Below are positions 9,645 through 20,650 of a stretch of DNA of 64,000 bases, in pieces. The notes beneath the pieces are model-generated. The model was not told where the DNA came from. It saw only the letters and a list, made by a program, of their open reading frames with translations, and searched no databases. Both the position numbers and the translations under genes were made by a program. Source of the stretch: a virus; the IMG/VR virus record IMGVR_UViG_3300049893_002454, positions 32,001-96,000 of that record. The stretch is one strand, 5' to 3'. Every line of letters starts with the position of its first letter. Positions within the stretch are counted from its first letter, which is position 1.

Positions 9645-12600
9645 CCATCTGGCAATTAATATCACAAAAAAACATAGATAAATTTAGAATATCAGGTAAT
9701 ATTGTCTATGCGCTTAAAGCCATTGCGGCAAAAGCTAGAATACCATCGCGTCCTAAATTTTCCATAGCGCCCACTACTGTAGAAGACTTCTTTGCTATCC
9801 TTGATAGCATTTCTATGTCTGGAGGTTCTATGGGGGACCCTATGCAACAGTTGCTTAATAAGCAGGTTGCCAGGTTTCTATTGGCTTATTTGAAGCATTT
9901 GCCGCCAGAAACGCAAGTGCTTCGCAGTCAACTTCCCAGCAATCACTTGACCGGATTTATTGCTGCGGTCCTGCCATTTGATAAGAGCAGCTTGCAGGCT
10001 CTAAGTGCACATCTATCAGAAGCAACATATCCAACAGAAGAAATTTCCTCTATGGTAAAGGAACTTGTTGCTGATAATAATTCACTAAAAAATATTCTAT
10101 CATTTACTCTGGGCACTGCATTTATTGACGTAATAAAACACCAGATTATCAATAATCCTATATTAACAGTTTTACCTAATAATATAGTAAAGGTAGCGGC
10201 GAAGAAGCCATTCCAGTCTAATGGTCCGAGACTAAATGATTTAATAGAGGCTTTGCGCATCACTCATGGAAGGTATCTAATAGAGTATAATCAGTTAGCA
10301 CTTGCTGACTTTATGCGCGGGTCATCTGATTTTGATAATATGTTTCCTGGTGGCTTTACAGCAGAACACAAGAAGACATTGAGTACATTGCCAGCAAAAA
10401 TGATGATAATGTCGTCAGCATATATCCGCCACTACACTGAGTTGCAACGAGCATTGCACGATTATTGCTGGAGTAATATTACCGACGTAAATACGAAAGT
10501 AATATCACATTCAGGTGAGGTGCTTACACCAAATATATATATAAACCCAGGCATTTCTGATATAAAAGGAGTTAAATCTATTGCCAATCTCTTATCTAAA
10601 GAGCAGAAGCTAGCAAATTTAGATTTAAAAATGACTACATGGAATGGCCAAAGCTATAATGTAAATGCTACGCACTTAAGCATGGAAGACATACGCAAAC
10701 ATTTCATCAGTTCACGAACATATTCTGATATTTCTTCTGAAATTATTGATGGTTCTGCTGAAGCAATAGAAAGTGCTAGAATGCATATGCGTGCTCAAGA
10801 TATGCCGAGATTTATTAAGGGTATCGCAGGATTAATGACAAGTCCCAGCACCTCTGCTGCTACAGATTTAATAGAAGAGTTTATAACCTTAGCTAAAGAA
10901 GCTGTTTCAAAATCAATTGCGTCTAGAGGAAATGTGTTTATTGATGCGTCTACTGATGCTAAGAAAACTTATGGTAAGACTTCAACTGGCACGTCTCTAT
11001 TAGGAACTGCGTTTAAGACCAAAGATCTAGATAATATATTGATTATAAATGAGGATATGTTATTTTCATTTGAAGTGGCATATACAAAGATATCAAATAA
11101 GTATAGTCAATTATTTAAGGAACAAAGTCAAGTAAGACAGATTCTGGTAAATATCTTCAAATCATATGCCATACCTCTGTTGCCCATGACTATGCGGTAT
11201 TTGTACAATGCTCCATCTGCAGCTAAAATAGTAGACATCTCATCTGCACCAAACTTATCAGAGCAAACAAAGACTAGTGCAGCAGAGGCAATAAGAGCTG
11301 TGACTGATGATTTTCTTCCACAGCTATCAGAAACACTTTCTTCGGTGCCATTTCAAGAACGCTATGCCGCTAATGCAACAGAATATAATGAGACTGTAGT
11401 ACATACAGATAAAATTTCCACGCTTCGTAATGAAAGTCTTGGAACAGATATAAACCCGTCAATCCTACAACCTATACTAAAGCATCTAGGAATAGATGAT
11501 GCGGGTATAAAATCAAAGCAAGCAGATATAGCTCTAGCTTATAGTAGCATGGGCCGTGATTCGGGTAGGCGCACTGGCGAGATGATTAATAAGATTATAG
11601 CCGACGTCATGAGGCGGTATCATGAACTTAGTCTGCAGGGAGGAGCAGGAGGTGTAACATGGGAGCATGTCTCTGTGTATATCGGAAATAAAGTTCTTCC
11701 CGGTATAATAGAAGAGTATATAACATCAGTCTTGTCTAAAAAAATGTCAGCAGATACTTCTGAGCGCAGAGAGGAAATTGAGAATTTCATTAATACCTCA
11801 TTTATGTCTTTAAAGAGTGGTAGGAGCCAGGGGACAATATCATCTAACACTATATATGGCAAGCTAAGCCAACTATATGAAGCTTACGCTATAAAGCAAA
11901 ATAAGGGTGAGGACGCAAGCAAGCTGATCAATAATGCACTTGGCGCACTCATTACTGGCGCCGATTACGGATATCGGGCAGAGCGTGCAGCCCCTGCTGT
12001 ACATGCTGTTAAATCACTACTTAAAAGAAACAAGGAAGATAAATCAGTAACAGATGAAAATTGGTCAGATCCAGCAAACCCACGACCACGATCAATGGAA
12101 GAGCTGGCGCACATAACTAAAGCATTTGCAGATCCCATCCCTGACATTACCTCTAGAGCACCTGGCATTGTGCGGAAGAAGCGATTAAATATACAGCCTG
12201 GTAATAGATTTTCGCGCGCACAGGTAGAGAAGATGAATCAGGAACGTAAGGTTGAGGGTAAAGGTAAAATCGTAGAACCCACTGTGCACCATTCGCTATT
12301 GAATGCTATACGCAGACTTGGCAATAACCTAATATCAGATCCTATATCAGTTATACGCACATCATTTCTTGAACGCAAGGAGGAGATCTTATCTGTATCT
12401 CCTGCCTATGCTAGTGACATCATTCCGTATACAAAAGGCGGCCCGATACAGTTAAGGGAAAGCCCCTTTATTGCTGCCGAATATATTCCGCCACAAGTCG
12501 AAGTAGATTTTTCTACAATACATCTAGACGCCGATCGAAGTCGGGTAGTGATTGATAAGTCCGATGAGTCACCGGTTATAAAGAAGAGCATAGAGGATCT

Positions 12601-13525
12601 TGCAAAAACAGGAATTACCTCTGGCGTGCTTCAGAAAATCGAAGTAGAATTGCGCAAATTGCCATCGCACTATCTCACTGAAAAAAGCATCGCTACTACA
12701 ATTGAGATACTTCTAGGTAAATTTGCACCCACTACAATCAGACCTAGAGTTGAACGCACACCCGCTCCAGCGGCAACATCTCCTACAGTCAAATCTGATG
12801 GTGGCGAAAAGTTCATTGAATCACTAACTAAGACAATTTTTAATGGTAATGTGCTTGCTATTAGATTGCAACCTACAGCGCAAGATTCAGTAGAACAATT
12901 AAACAGCAAAGCCGAAGAACTAATGAAATATCTTCATTTATTAACTCAGGCGCAAGCATCTCTTACTAAAGAGATTGCATCAGCAGCAAAAGATCCGACA
13001 CTACTAAGTCGACTGCGCGATTATCTTGCAACAGCAAAGGCATATCGCTCGCACTTACTAAAAGCAATTAATAAGGCCAAGGACCTAGCTGAGCGCGCAT
13101 CGGAAAGTGCCGATATAGAAGAGTACGATTACATTAAAGAAACCTTATCTCAATCAAAAGCTAAACTACAAGACTTTATTAGTCGCATGTCTAAACTGCC
13201 CCAGTATAAGGATAAGGAGAGTATCGTGCGTAAAGTGTCCACTGCACTAGGTAGTCTTGTTAATGTCTCAGATATGGCTGATGCAATAAACCCTCAGCAC
13301 ATTCAGCTACTACTGATGGACTTAAACAATAAATTATCAAAAGGTGATAACTTTGATAATATTATGCTTGATATTGATAAGTATCGGGTACGTAATACCG
13401 TGCCGTCACATGAACGAGAAGTTAAAGAGGATGTTGCTGCTGTCGAGTCAGTATTCAATGAGCAGTCTGAACGGTGGGAGTCTGCCATTAAGCACGAACA
13501 ATCACAATCTTTAAAGGACCACTGA
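9641..13525 (+). CDS. large hypothetical protein (1294 aa)
   Basis: Long ORF translationally coupled to the sigma-like gene; no motif recognised; helical/coiled-coil C-terminus. Confidence 0.8.
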   Translation: MTIWQLISQKNIDKFRISGNIVYALKAIAAKARIPSRPKFSIAPTTVEDFFAILDSISMSGGSMGDPMQQLLNKQVARFLLAYLKHLPPETQVLRSQLPSNHLTGFIAAVLPFDKSSLQALSAHLSEATYPTEEISSMVKELVADNNSLKNILSFTLGTAFIDVIKHQIINNPILTVLPNNIVKVAAKKPFQSNGPRLNDLIEALRITHGRYLIEYNQLALADFMRGSSDFDNMFPGGFTAEHKKTLSTLPAKMMIMSSAYIRHYTELQRALHDYCWSNITDVNTKVISHSGEVLTPNIYINPGISDIKGVKSIANLLSKEQKLANLDLKMTTWNGQSYNVNATHLSMEDIRKHFISSRTYSDISSEIIDGSAEAIESARMHMRAQDMPRFIKGIAGLMTSPSTSAATDLIEEFITLAKEAVSKSIASRGNVFIDASTDAKKTYGKTSTGTSLLGTAFKTKDLDNILIINEDMLFSFEVAYTKISNKYSQLFKEQSQVRQILVNIFKSYAIPLLPMTMRYLYNAPSAAKIVDISSAPNLSEQTKTSAAEAIRAVTDDFLPQLSETLSSVPFQERYAANATEYNETVVHTDKISTLRNESLGTDINPSILQPILKHLGIDDAGIKSKQADIALAYSSMGRDSGRRTGEMINKIIADVMRRYHELSLQGGAGGVTWEHVSVYIGNKVLPGIIEEYITSVLSKKMSADTSERREEIENFINTSFMSLKSGRSQGTISSNTIYGKLSQLYEAYAIKQNKGEDASKLINNALGALITGADYGYRAERAAPAVHAVKSLLKRNKEDKSVTDENWSDPANPRPRSMEELAHITKAFADPIPDITSRAPGIVRKKRLNIQPGNRFSRAQVEKMNQERKVEGKGKIVEPTVHHSLLNAIRRLGNNLISDPISVIRTSFLERKEEILSVSPAYASDIIPYTKGGPIQLRESPFIAAEYIPPQVEVDFSTIHLDADRSRVVIDKSDESPVIKKSIEDLAKTGITSGVLQKIEVELRKLPSHYLTEKSIATTIEILLGKFAPTTIRPRVERTPAPAATSPTVKSDGGEKFIESLTKTIFNGNVLAIRLQPTAQDSVEQLNSKAEELMKYLHLLTQAQASLTKEIASAAKDPTLLSRLRDYLATAKAYRSHLLKAINKAKDLAERASESADIEEYDYIKETLSQSKAKLQDFISRMSKLPQYKDKESIVRKVSTALGSLVNVSDMADAINPQHIQLLLMDLNNKLSKGDNFDNIMLDIDKYRVRNTVPSHEREVKEDVAAVESVFNEQSERWESAIKHEQSQSLKDH

Positions 13526-13547
13526 TAGGTTAGGAGATAGTAGAATT

Positions 13548-14762
13548 ATGTTAGTAAATATAGAAGATATCAACAATATAGAAAAGCAGCTCCTTTTTTC
13601 TGTTGAGCCGCTGCGAGTAGAACATACTATAAGCTCTTTTATTAAAGAAATTGCACCCAGAGTTGATGCCAAAGGATTTAGAAAGGGAATGGTCCCAGAT
13701 AATGTTATTAGGCATCAGTATAAAGATGCCATTTTAGCGGAATGTTCAGCTAGAATGGTTCAAGAGGAAGTAATCACCTCTATTCGGGATAGGCAATTAA
13801 AGGTAGTCGGATCTCCTGTCTTAATTGAGAAGGATAGGATGTCCAATCGCAAAAGCCATGTTGGCGAATTTATGTTAGATGGTTCATTTAGTTTTTCGGT
13901 CATGGCAGATTTCGAACCTGAGCTTAAGGTTATAGTGCCTGATGACTTACATATCTCAGAAGCCATGCCTTCATTAGATAGCTTAGTTGATGACGATCTT
14001 CGTAAGGCACAGGCAGCGCTCGCACAGTTGGATTTCGTGGAGCGCCCGGCAAATAAGGATGATCAAGTAGCTGTAGAATTCCTTGATGGAAGCAATAACC
14101 ATGCATCAATTATGATATCTGATAAACCAGATATATTTGCTTCTCACGAAGACTTTATCGGCAAGTCAGCAAATGATGAGCTAGAAGTTCCGCTAGCTGA
14201 TGGAAGTGCGGTATCAGTGCGGATTACCGCAGTATTTGCGGTAACTATGCCACAGATTGATAATGAGTTCGCACGATCATCAATGTTTGAATCACTTGAT
14301 GATATGAAGAAGTCACTTGCTGCTAAGAGATCTCACGATTATTCTACTCCACTTAGAGCTAAGATATACTCTGAGATACTAGCACAACTAGTTGCAGCAA
14401 ATCCAGTAGAGATACCTGGACGCTGGGTTGATGCTGAGGTAACAACAATATGTCGCAGACTAAATATTGAAGCTCAGCCAGGCGAGCTACTCGTTTCATT
14501 TAAAGAATTGGCACGTAGGAATATTTTATCAAATCTATTTCTAGATTCCATCTATCGTGATCATGAAAATATTCATATGTCTGCTGATGAGGTCTTCGGT
14601 ATAATAGAGAGTGAGGCGCAGAAGATTGGACGAACTCCTGACGAGGTACTTACACACTTGAGGAACTCCGGCCAATATGAGCTTCTAATGTCCTCCTACG
14701 AGAGAAACAGAGCCATAGATTATCTTATTTCACAAGCACAGGTCAAACAGGAGCAAGTATGA
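13548..14762 (+). CDS. tig: trigger factor (ribosome-associated chaperone) homolog
   Basis: Ribosome-binding signature GFRKGMVP, ERPA..DDQV at the FKBP-domain start, PQIDNEFA..FESLDDMK, VEIPGRWVDAE, C-terminal AIDYL; AGGAG RBS; 404 aa. Confidence 0.85.
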   Translation: MLVNIEDINNIEKQLLFSVEPLRVEHTISSFIKEIAPRVDAKGFRKGMVPDNVIRHQYKDAILAECSARMVQEEVITSIRDRQLKVVGSPVLIEKDRMSNRKSHVGEFMLDGSFSFSVMADFEPELKVIVPDDLHISEAMPSLDSLVDDDLRKAQAALAQLDFVERPANKDDQVAVEFLDGSNNHASIMISDKPDIFASHEDFIGKSANDELEVPLADGSAVSVRITAVFAVTMPQIDNEFARSSMFESLDDMKKSLAAKRSHDYSTPLRAKIYSEILAQLVAANPVEIPGRWVDAEVTTICRRLNIEAQPGELLVSFKELARRNILSNLFLDSIYRDHENIHMSADEVFGIIESEAQKIGRTPDEVLTHLRNSGQYELLMSSYERNRAIDYLISQAQVKQEQV

Positions 14763-14986
14763 CAACAGCACAACAAACAATAGGTTCAATTTCAGGTTTT
14801 ATCGTTAAGACAATTACAGTTATTCCCGGCAAGGGAGAAGAAGACGTAGGTAAGGTACGTGTGGTACTTGAGGCTAGCAAAGAGGATTTGCGCGCGGCCG
14901 ATCGCGACCTTACGGCAATTCTTGGTGCAATGACCATGCATCAATCGACAAATGAGTCGGTAGCAGTACAAGCGCGATTCGCCTGA
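14759..14986 (+). CDS. small hypothetical protein
   Basis: 75-aa ORF with GGAG RBS, ATGA-coupled to tig, followed by a terminator. Confidence 0.7.
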   Translation: MTTAQQTIGSISGFIVKTITVIPGKGEEDVGKVRVVLEASKEDLRAADRDLTAILGAMTMHQSTNESVAVQARFA

Positions 14987-15010
14987 TTAGTATAACAATC
15001 TAAATAAACT

Positions 15011-15040
15011 ATAGGGGAGACGGCTAATCCCCTATTTTTA
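15011..15040 (+). terminator. rho-independent terminator
   Basis: Stem ATAGGGGA / TCCCCTAT followed by a T-rich tract. Confidence 0.7.
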
Positions 15041-15048
15041 TATTTTAT

Positions 15049-15378
15049 ATGACAAATAACTTCTATGATCTAGTACAAGTAAGACAGCTGAGAGGCTGTA
15101 AGACTTGTAGAACAGTACAATACACATTTCCACAACCAATAGGAAAGAGCATAGAAGATTATCTGTTGCCTTTCGGCAAGCTAGCTTACGATCTTGATAT
15201 ATACTCTATAATCAAGATTGATAATGATGCAATATTATTGCAATCAAAACTTGGCACGGTAGATATGCATGTCAAGTTCAAAGACAAAGAGGATTTGAGG
15301 ATTGTCAGTTTATTCGAGGTGCAGTTAGCTGCCTACCTTCAGAGTGAACTAAGTATCCCAATCTCAGGAGTTTATTAA
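15049..15378 (+). CDS. hypothetical protein (CxxC)
   Basis: 109-aa ORF with GCKTC; TAATG overlap with dnaE. Confidence 0.65.
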   Translation: MTNNFYDLVQVRQLRGCKTCRTVQYTFPQPIGKSIEDYLLPFGKLAYDLDIYSIIKIDNDAILLQSKLGTVDMHVKFKDKEDLRIVSLFEVQLAAYLQSELSIPISGVY

Positions 15379-18300
15379 TGGATAATTTCGTAAATCTTCA
15401 TTCACATACATACCACTCTCATATGGATGCGATTATCCGCATCTCAGATTTATTTAAACGAGTAGCAGAGCTAGGGCAGCCAGGGATAGCAATTACCGAT
15501 CACGGTGTATTAGCCGGCATACATGAGGGGTACAAGGAATATAAGAAGTATAAGGATCAGGGCCAGCATATCAAATTTATCCCTGGCAGTGAGATATACT
15601 ACTGTGAAGATTTAAATGATCCTAAGTCTAAACGCAGACACTTAGTGGTCTTAGCTCAGAATGAGGAGGGATACCGAAATCTATTGCAGATCAATGCTGC
15701 TGGATTTAATAACTCAGTTACGGTAATGGGAAGGCAATTTCCGCGAGTTGATCTGAATATTCTTAAAAAGCATTCAGCAGGACTATTTGTAAACTCGGCA
15801 TGTGGAGGATCTCCTTTCGCATCGGCAATTTTTGAAAAAAATATCAAACGAGCAAAGGATTTAGCCTCTACCTTTAGAGATATCTTTGGTGATAAATTCT
15901 ATATTGAGCTACAGCCTCACGAGCTGCAAAGAGGAGATTTTAATCAGGCGTTCTTAAATGAGCAATTGAAGTTTCTGGCTGATGAGCTAAAAATAAATAT
16001 GATTGCCACATGCGACTCTCATTATCTCACAAGCAAGCATGAGAAGTACCATGATATGGTTCTGGCCATTGGAGCAAAGAAGGCATTAGAGGATCCTAAA
16101 CGGCATCGATATGCAACATATCAGGCATGCCTTATCTGTGCGGGTACAGGAGAGTACCCTTCTGATTCCAAGAAGGAATGTTACCAGTGCGGAGGATCAA
16201 AATACAGCTCTATCAAACCCTGTCCAGAGTTTTATTTGAAGGAGAGTAGTCAATTAAATAAGTATTTTGCACAGAAGTTCGATAGTGGAACAGCTGATGC
16301 ACTAATTGCAAATACAGTAAAGATTGCTAACGAATGTGAGTATCCTGATTATATGGCTCCCAAGGGGCATAGATTGCCAGCCTTTCCATGGAAAGATGAG
16401 CCTGATGCAAAAGAGTTTGAATCATGGGTGACAGATAAACCATCATTATCATCATTGCCAAAAGATGCATCGTATCTAAGATTTCGTATCAAAAAGGCTT
16501 TTGATAAGTATACAGCAGATTTTTCTAAAGAAAAGAAGCAGGAGTATTGGGAGCGTGTAAAAAAAGAACTTGATATTCTAGAGATGCGCAACTTCAGTTC
16601 GTACATGCTAATCGTAGCAGACTATATTCAGTGGGCTAAGAATAATGGTGTAACTGTCGGGCCAGGTCGTGGATGTTTAACTGGCGACACTAAAGTACTT
16701 ACAGCAAACAGAGGTTTTACTGACCTTGCTGACATTAAAATTGGAGATAAGGTATTCTCCCATACGGGGGAAATACGAAATGTCTCTGACACTATGCGTT
16801 ATGATGTTGCTGATGAAGAATTATTATCTATAAAGACGGAACATTCTTGTGGCAATATAGTCTTAACAAAAGATCATCGGGTCTACGGATCAAAGTCCGA
16901 TCCGGCTCATAGAAAGTTGATAAAGTGGATAGCAGCGGAGAACCTATCGGTAGGCGACTATATATTCATGCCATACCCAAAAAGAGAGTCCATTGCAGTC
17001 TCGGATATCATTTTACATGAACGCGACTCTAATGGTAATAGCATACAGCGACAAATTGAGATTGATTCTAAATTTGCATATTTTATAGGGCAGTGGGTGG
17101 GTGCTGGATATTATTTAGTTGACGATAACCGCCAGCGTATAGGCATAAGGTTGGATATACGAAATATAGAGGAGGCGAGTAAAGTACATACGTATCTTAA
17201 ATCTATGGGATTCAATTCTCGACTGTCGGAAGATAGCGTCACGCATTCACATGTTATAGTAGACAGCCAACCACTGTCCAGAATGTTGTCAGACCTATTT
17301 CCCAAATATAATAATACTGATGACTCCAGATACATCGGACAATTCACTAACCTTCCTGATAATCTGCTTACTGAATTGATCCTAGGACTAGCATCAGCTA
17401 TTGAGAGCACGGAAATTAATAATCAAATTGATATAATATCAGTTAATACACGTAGTAAAACTTTGGCTCTGGAGCTTAAAGAGTGCTCATTATACTTGAT
17501 GGTCCCAACATCAATACTGGTCAATTCTATAGATGATACGTATAAGATTGATTTTAGACTGCTTTATGACGATACAATCGATAATACCGGTTATCTATGT
17601 AAGATCTTAGACATAACGACATCAAAAGCAGATTATGTATATGATATTACTGTAGATGAGGATCATTCCTATGTAACATCAAATTATGCAGTGCATAATA
17701 GCGTAGGAGGATCATTAGTGGCTTACTTGCTAAATATCCATATGGCAGACTCAATTAAATACGGGCTATTATTTGAGCGGTTCCAAAATAGGGAAAAGAA
17801 GTCACTCCCCGATATAGATTGTGACTTTGCTCCAAGTGGTCGAGAAAAGGTCATACAATATTGCAGAGATAAGTATGGTGAGGATAAGGTCGCCTTCATA
17901 TCTAATATTCTGCGCTTAACTCCAAAATTAGTCATTAAGGACGTGGCTCGCTCATTGGTTATAGGTGGCGATAAAAGTACTGCATTTAAGATAGCTAATG
18001 ATGTTACAGCCAGCATTCCAGACCTGATAATAGAGGGTAGTAAGAGAATTAAGGTTGATACGATGGCCAAGGCAATGCAGGCCTCCGAGAAGTTGACCAA
18101 GTTTATACAAGAGTACCCTATTGTGCTAGAATATGCCAATGAGTTAATTGGGGTGCCTCGAAGTTTTGCCACTCATGCTGCCGGCATAGTTATATCAGAC
18201 ACTCCGCTACCAGAATGTGCTCCGCTTAGGCGAGACGGTGATGGAATTATATCGGTTCAGTATGACAAGGACCAATGTGAGGAGATCGGATTAGTTAAAA

Positions 18301-20033
18301 TGGATATTCTCGGTCTTGATACACTAGACGTATTGGATGAGACTAGAGAGATAGCTAATTCATTAGGCATTAACCTACCAGATCTTGGTGATCTAGAGGA
18401 CGGAGATCCTAAAGCATATAAGCTCATACATCTGGGACATACTACTGGAATGTTCCAATTAAATAACAGTATGACTCCGCTATGCAAAGCAATGCTGCCT
18501 AAGACCATATCTGATATAGCAGCTATCAGTGCTATAGGTAGACCCTCGGTAAGTAAGCAGGATAGGATAGAATTCATAAACCGTCGTTTTGGGCGCAGTC
18601 CAATAACATATGTTAATAAGTGTTTAGAGCCAGTATTTAAGCATACCTATGGCATTCCAGTGTATGAAGAGGATTTGCTTAAACTCGCTAAGATAGTTGC
18701 CGGATGGGATCTATCAGAAGCAGATGGCCTGAGAAAATTGACTAAATTAAAGGAAAAGGGGGCACATCTAGCAGCGGAGCTAGAAAAGAAATTTATTGTA
18801 GATGCAATGAGAACCTCTGACTTATCAGAAAAAGAGGCAACAGAAATCTGGACTTCAGTCGTAGCACCATTCGCCTCGTATGCATTTAACTTATCACATG
18901 CAATTATGTATAGTATGATTTCATATCAAACTGCATATTATAAAGCGCATGCAGTTGGTCCTTTTATATGTGCAAACCTTAATAATCAGACTAAGGGAAA
19001 TAAGAAGGACCGGGCTGAGATTATTGATGCATTAAAGAAGGATGCTAAGTTATTTAAAATCAATATTCAGGCATGTGATATAAATATCTCTAAAGAATAT
19101 TATACTATGAAGGATAAGAATACTATTGTTACCGGACTTGGAGCTGTGAAAGGTGTTGGCAAAGGAGGGGCCCTTAGAGCTATCATTGCCGGGCAACCAT
19201 ATGCCTCATTCCAAGACTTCTTACATCGGACGCCAGGTAATTTAGTTAATAAATCAGTAATAGCATCACTAGCTTTGGCTGGTGCCTTCGATAGCCTGGG
19301 GATATCAAGAAAATATATCTTTGAAAACTTTTTAGAAATTCGCAAGGAATTACAGGCTTATGCTAAAAAGCATGGTGAGGTGGTGACTGTTGAAATAGAA
19401 GAGGAGGTTGAGGTCCCAGATGTAGCTGACGATAACAATTTGACAGCTACTGATAGTGCATCTGATGATAGTTACGATGGCGACTTTGAGGAGCGGTCAG
19501 TTAAGACAAAAGTAGTGATCGAGAAAAAGATTAAGAGATCATTCAGATTAACCCCCGAGCTTCTTGCCGCATTCGTGCCATCTACTCATGAAAAAGCAAA
19601 TATAGAGTTTACCATAAGAGAAAAGCTCGAAGGAGAAAAGAGTACTCTTGGAGAATATCTCTCTGGTGACATATCTACCTTATATCCAGGATTTTTTATT
19701 GAAGGTAGGTATGCCCAGTCATATACTAGCTTACAAACAATGGTTAATAATATTAACTTTCCTACTGAAGGAATTATTACTTCAATAAGTGAAATTCAAA
19801 TAAAGAAAGAAGGAAAGAATAAGGGTCGATTTATGGGTAAATTGACAGTAGAAAATTTGCGCGGAGAAAGTGTAGAAGTTACTATATGGGCAGATCAATA
19901 TGAAAAATTAAAGAAGATACTTCGAGTAGGGTTGCCGATAAGAGGCATGTTTAAGGTCAACGATTACGCTGGTACTAAAACCCTCGTTTTAATAAATTTA
20001 GAATCATACTATAAAAGTTCAGGTGAGCAATGA
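15378..20033 (+). CDS. dnaE: DNA polymerase III alpha subunit (family C), intein-containing
   Basis: PHP domain (LHSHT, AITDHG, DSHY), GPGRG|SVGGSLVAY, LLFERF, catalytic PDIDCD, HAAG, KMDILGL, YAFNLSHA, GLGAVKGVG, C-terminal OB fold. Confidence 0.97.
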   Translation: MDNFVNLHSHTYHSHMDAIIRISDLFKRVAELGQPGIAITDHGVLAGIHEGYKEYKKYKDQGQHIKFIPGSEIYYCEDLNDPKSKRRHLVVLAQNEEGYRNLLQINAAGFNNSVTVMGRQFPRVDLNILKKHSAGLFVNSACGGSPFASAIFEKNIKRAKDLASTFRDIFGDKFYIELQPHELQRGDFNQAFLNEQLKFLADELKINMIATCDSHYLTSKHEKYHDMVLAIGAKKALEDPKRHRYATYQACLICAGTGEYPSDSKKECYQCGGSKYSSIKPCPEFYLKESSQLNKYFAQKFDSGTADALIANTVKIANECEYPDYMAPKGHRLPAFPWKDEPDAKEFESWVTDKPSLSSLPKDASYLRFRIKKAFDKYTADFSKEKKQEYWERVKKELDILEMRNFSSYMLIVADYIQWAKNNGVTVGPGRGCLTGDTKVLTANRGFTDLADIKIGDKVFSHTGEIRNVSDTMRYDVADEELLSIKTEHSCGNIVLTKDHRVYGSKSDPAHRKLIKWIAAENLSVGDYIFMPYPKRESIAVSDIILHERDSNGNSIQRQIEIDSKFAYFIGQWVGAGYYLVDDNRQRIGIRLDIRNIEEASKVHTYLKSMGFNSRLSEDSVTHSHVIVDSQPLSRMLSDLFPKYNNTDDSRYIGQFTNLPDNLLTELILGLASAIESTEINNQIDIISVNTRSKTLALELKECSLYLMVPTSILVNSIDDTYKIDFRLLYDDTIDNTGYLCKILDITTSKADYVYDITVDEDHSYVTSNYAVHNSVGGSLVAYLLNIHMADSIKYGLLFERFQNREKKSLPDIDCDFAPSGREKVIQYCRDKYGEDKVAFISNILRLTPKLVIKDVARSLVIGGDKSTAFKIANDVTASIPDLIIEGSKRIKVDTMAKAMQASEKLTKFIQEYPIVLEYANELIGVPRSFATHAAGIVISDTPLPECAPLRRDGDGIISVQYDKDQCEEIGLVKMDILGLDTLDVLDETREIANSLGINLPDLGDLEDGDPKAYKLIHLGHTTGMFQLNNSMTPLCKAMLPKTISDIAAISAIGRPSVSKQDRIEFINRRFGRSPITYVNKCLEPVFKHTYGIPVYEEDLLKLAKIVAGWDLSEADGLRKLTKLKEKGAHLAAELEKKFIVDAMRTSDLSEKEATEIWTSVVAPFASYAFNLSHAIMYSMISYQTAYYKAHAVGPFICANLNNQTKGNKKDRAEIIDALKKDAKLFKINIQACDINISKEYYTMKDKNTIVTGLGAVKGVGKGGALRAIIAGQPYASFQDFLHRTPGNLVNKSVIASLALAGAFDSLGISRKYIFENFLEIRKELQAYAKKHGEVVTVEIEEEVEVPDVADDNNLTATDSASDDSYDGDFEERSVKTKVVIEKKIKRSFRLTPELLAAFVPSTHEKANIEFTIREKLEGEKSTLGEYLSGDISTLYPGFFIEGRYAQSYTSLQTMVNNINFPTEGIITSISEIQIKKEGKNKGRFMGKLTVENLRGESVEVTIWADQYEKLKKILRVGLPIRGMFKVNDYAGTKTLVLINLESYYKSSGEQ
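16674..17699 (+). mobile_element. canonical (Cys1) intein in DnaE, 342 aa, with degenerate LAGLIDADG endonuclease
   Basis: CLTGDTKV...LTKDHRV...YVYDITV...AVHN|S; removal restores GPGRGSVGGS; YFIGQWVGAG and LILGLASA look like decayed LAGLIDADG motifs. Confidence 0.92.
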
Positions 20034-20650
20034 AATGCAATAATTGTCAAACGGCCATACCCCCTTCATTTACTAAAGCATTACAGGATAATGCTTGCCC
20101 TGCGTGCGGCAAAGCGATTATGTCCTCAGCTTTAAATGCTGAATTCTCCTCAATTAAAGAAAAGCTTGCAGATGCAGATGTAGATGAGCAAACATTAGTT
20201 AAAGTTGCGGCTATTATTGCTGGCAAATATGATCTTGTACCTAGAGGGCGGGGCCAGGTCCAAACGACACAGCTAAGCAATCGCGCCACTGCAAAGACTC
20301 GTATGCAGCTGCAAGACGAAGAGATAGAGCGAGAGCTGATGCTTGAGTATCCACAGCTCCAAAATATGCCAGAAAACGAACGAAAGCAAGAAATTTTACT
20401 ATTACGTGCTGAGGCTGAGCGAGAATTTGGATTATCAAAAGGAGATGTTGCGGCAGCTAAAGCAGCCAAAGGATCTGCTGATATTACTCAGTTAAACGAC
20501 ATTGTTCAAAATTTATTGCCTCCAGAGCTACCTAGTGGCCTTGATTTAGATAGTAACGCGACCGATGCAATGACCGCACAAAGAATGGCTAAGCTAGCTG
20601 CTCTAAGAGAAAATCCCAATGTTAATCGATTCAGACGGAGTGATGGATAA
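20030..20650 (+). CDS. hypothetical protein with an N-terminal Zn ribbon
   Basis: MKCNNC...CPACG; ATGA-coupled to dnaE. Confidence 0.75.
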   Translation: MKCNNCQTAIPPSFTKALQDNACPACGKAIMSSALNAEFSSIKEKLADADVDEQTLVKVAAIIAGKYDLVPRGRGQVQTTQLSNRATAKTRMQLQDEEIERELMLEYPQLQNMPENERKQEILLLRAEAEREFGLSKGDVAAAKAAKGSADITQLNDIVQNLLPPELPSGLDLDSNATDAMTAQRMAKLAALRENPNVNRFRRSDG

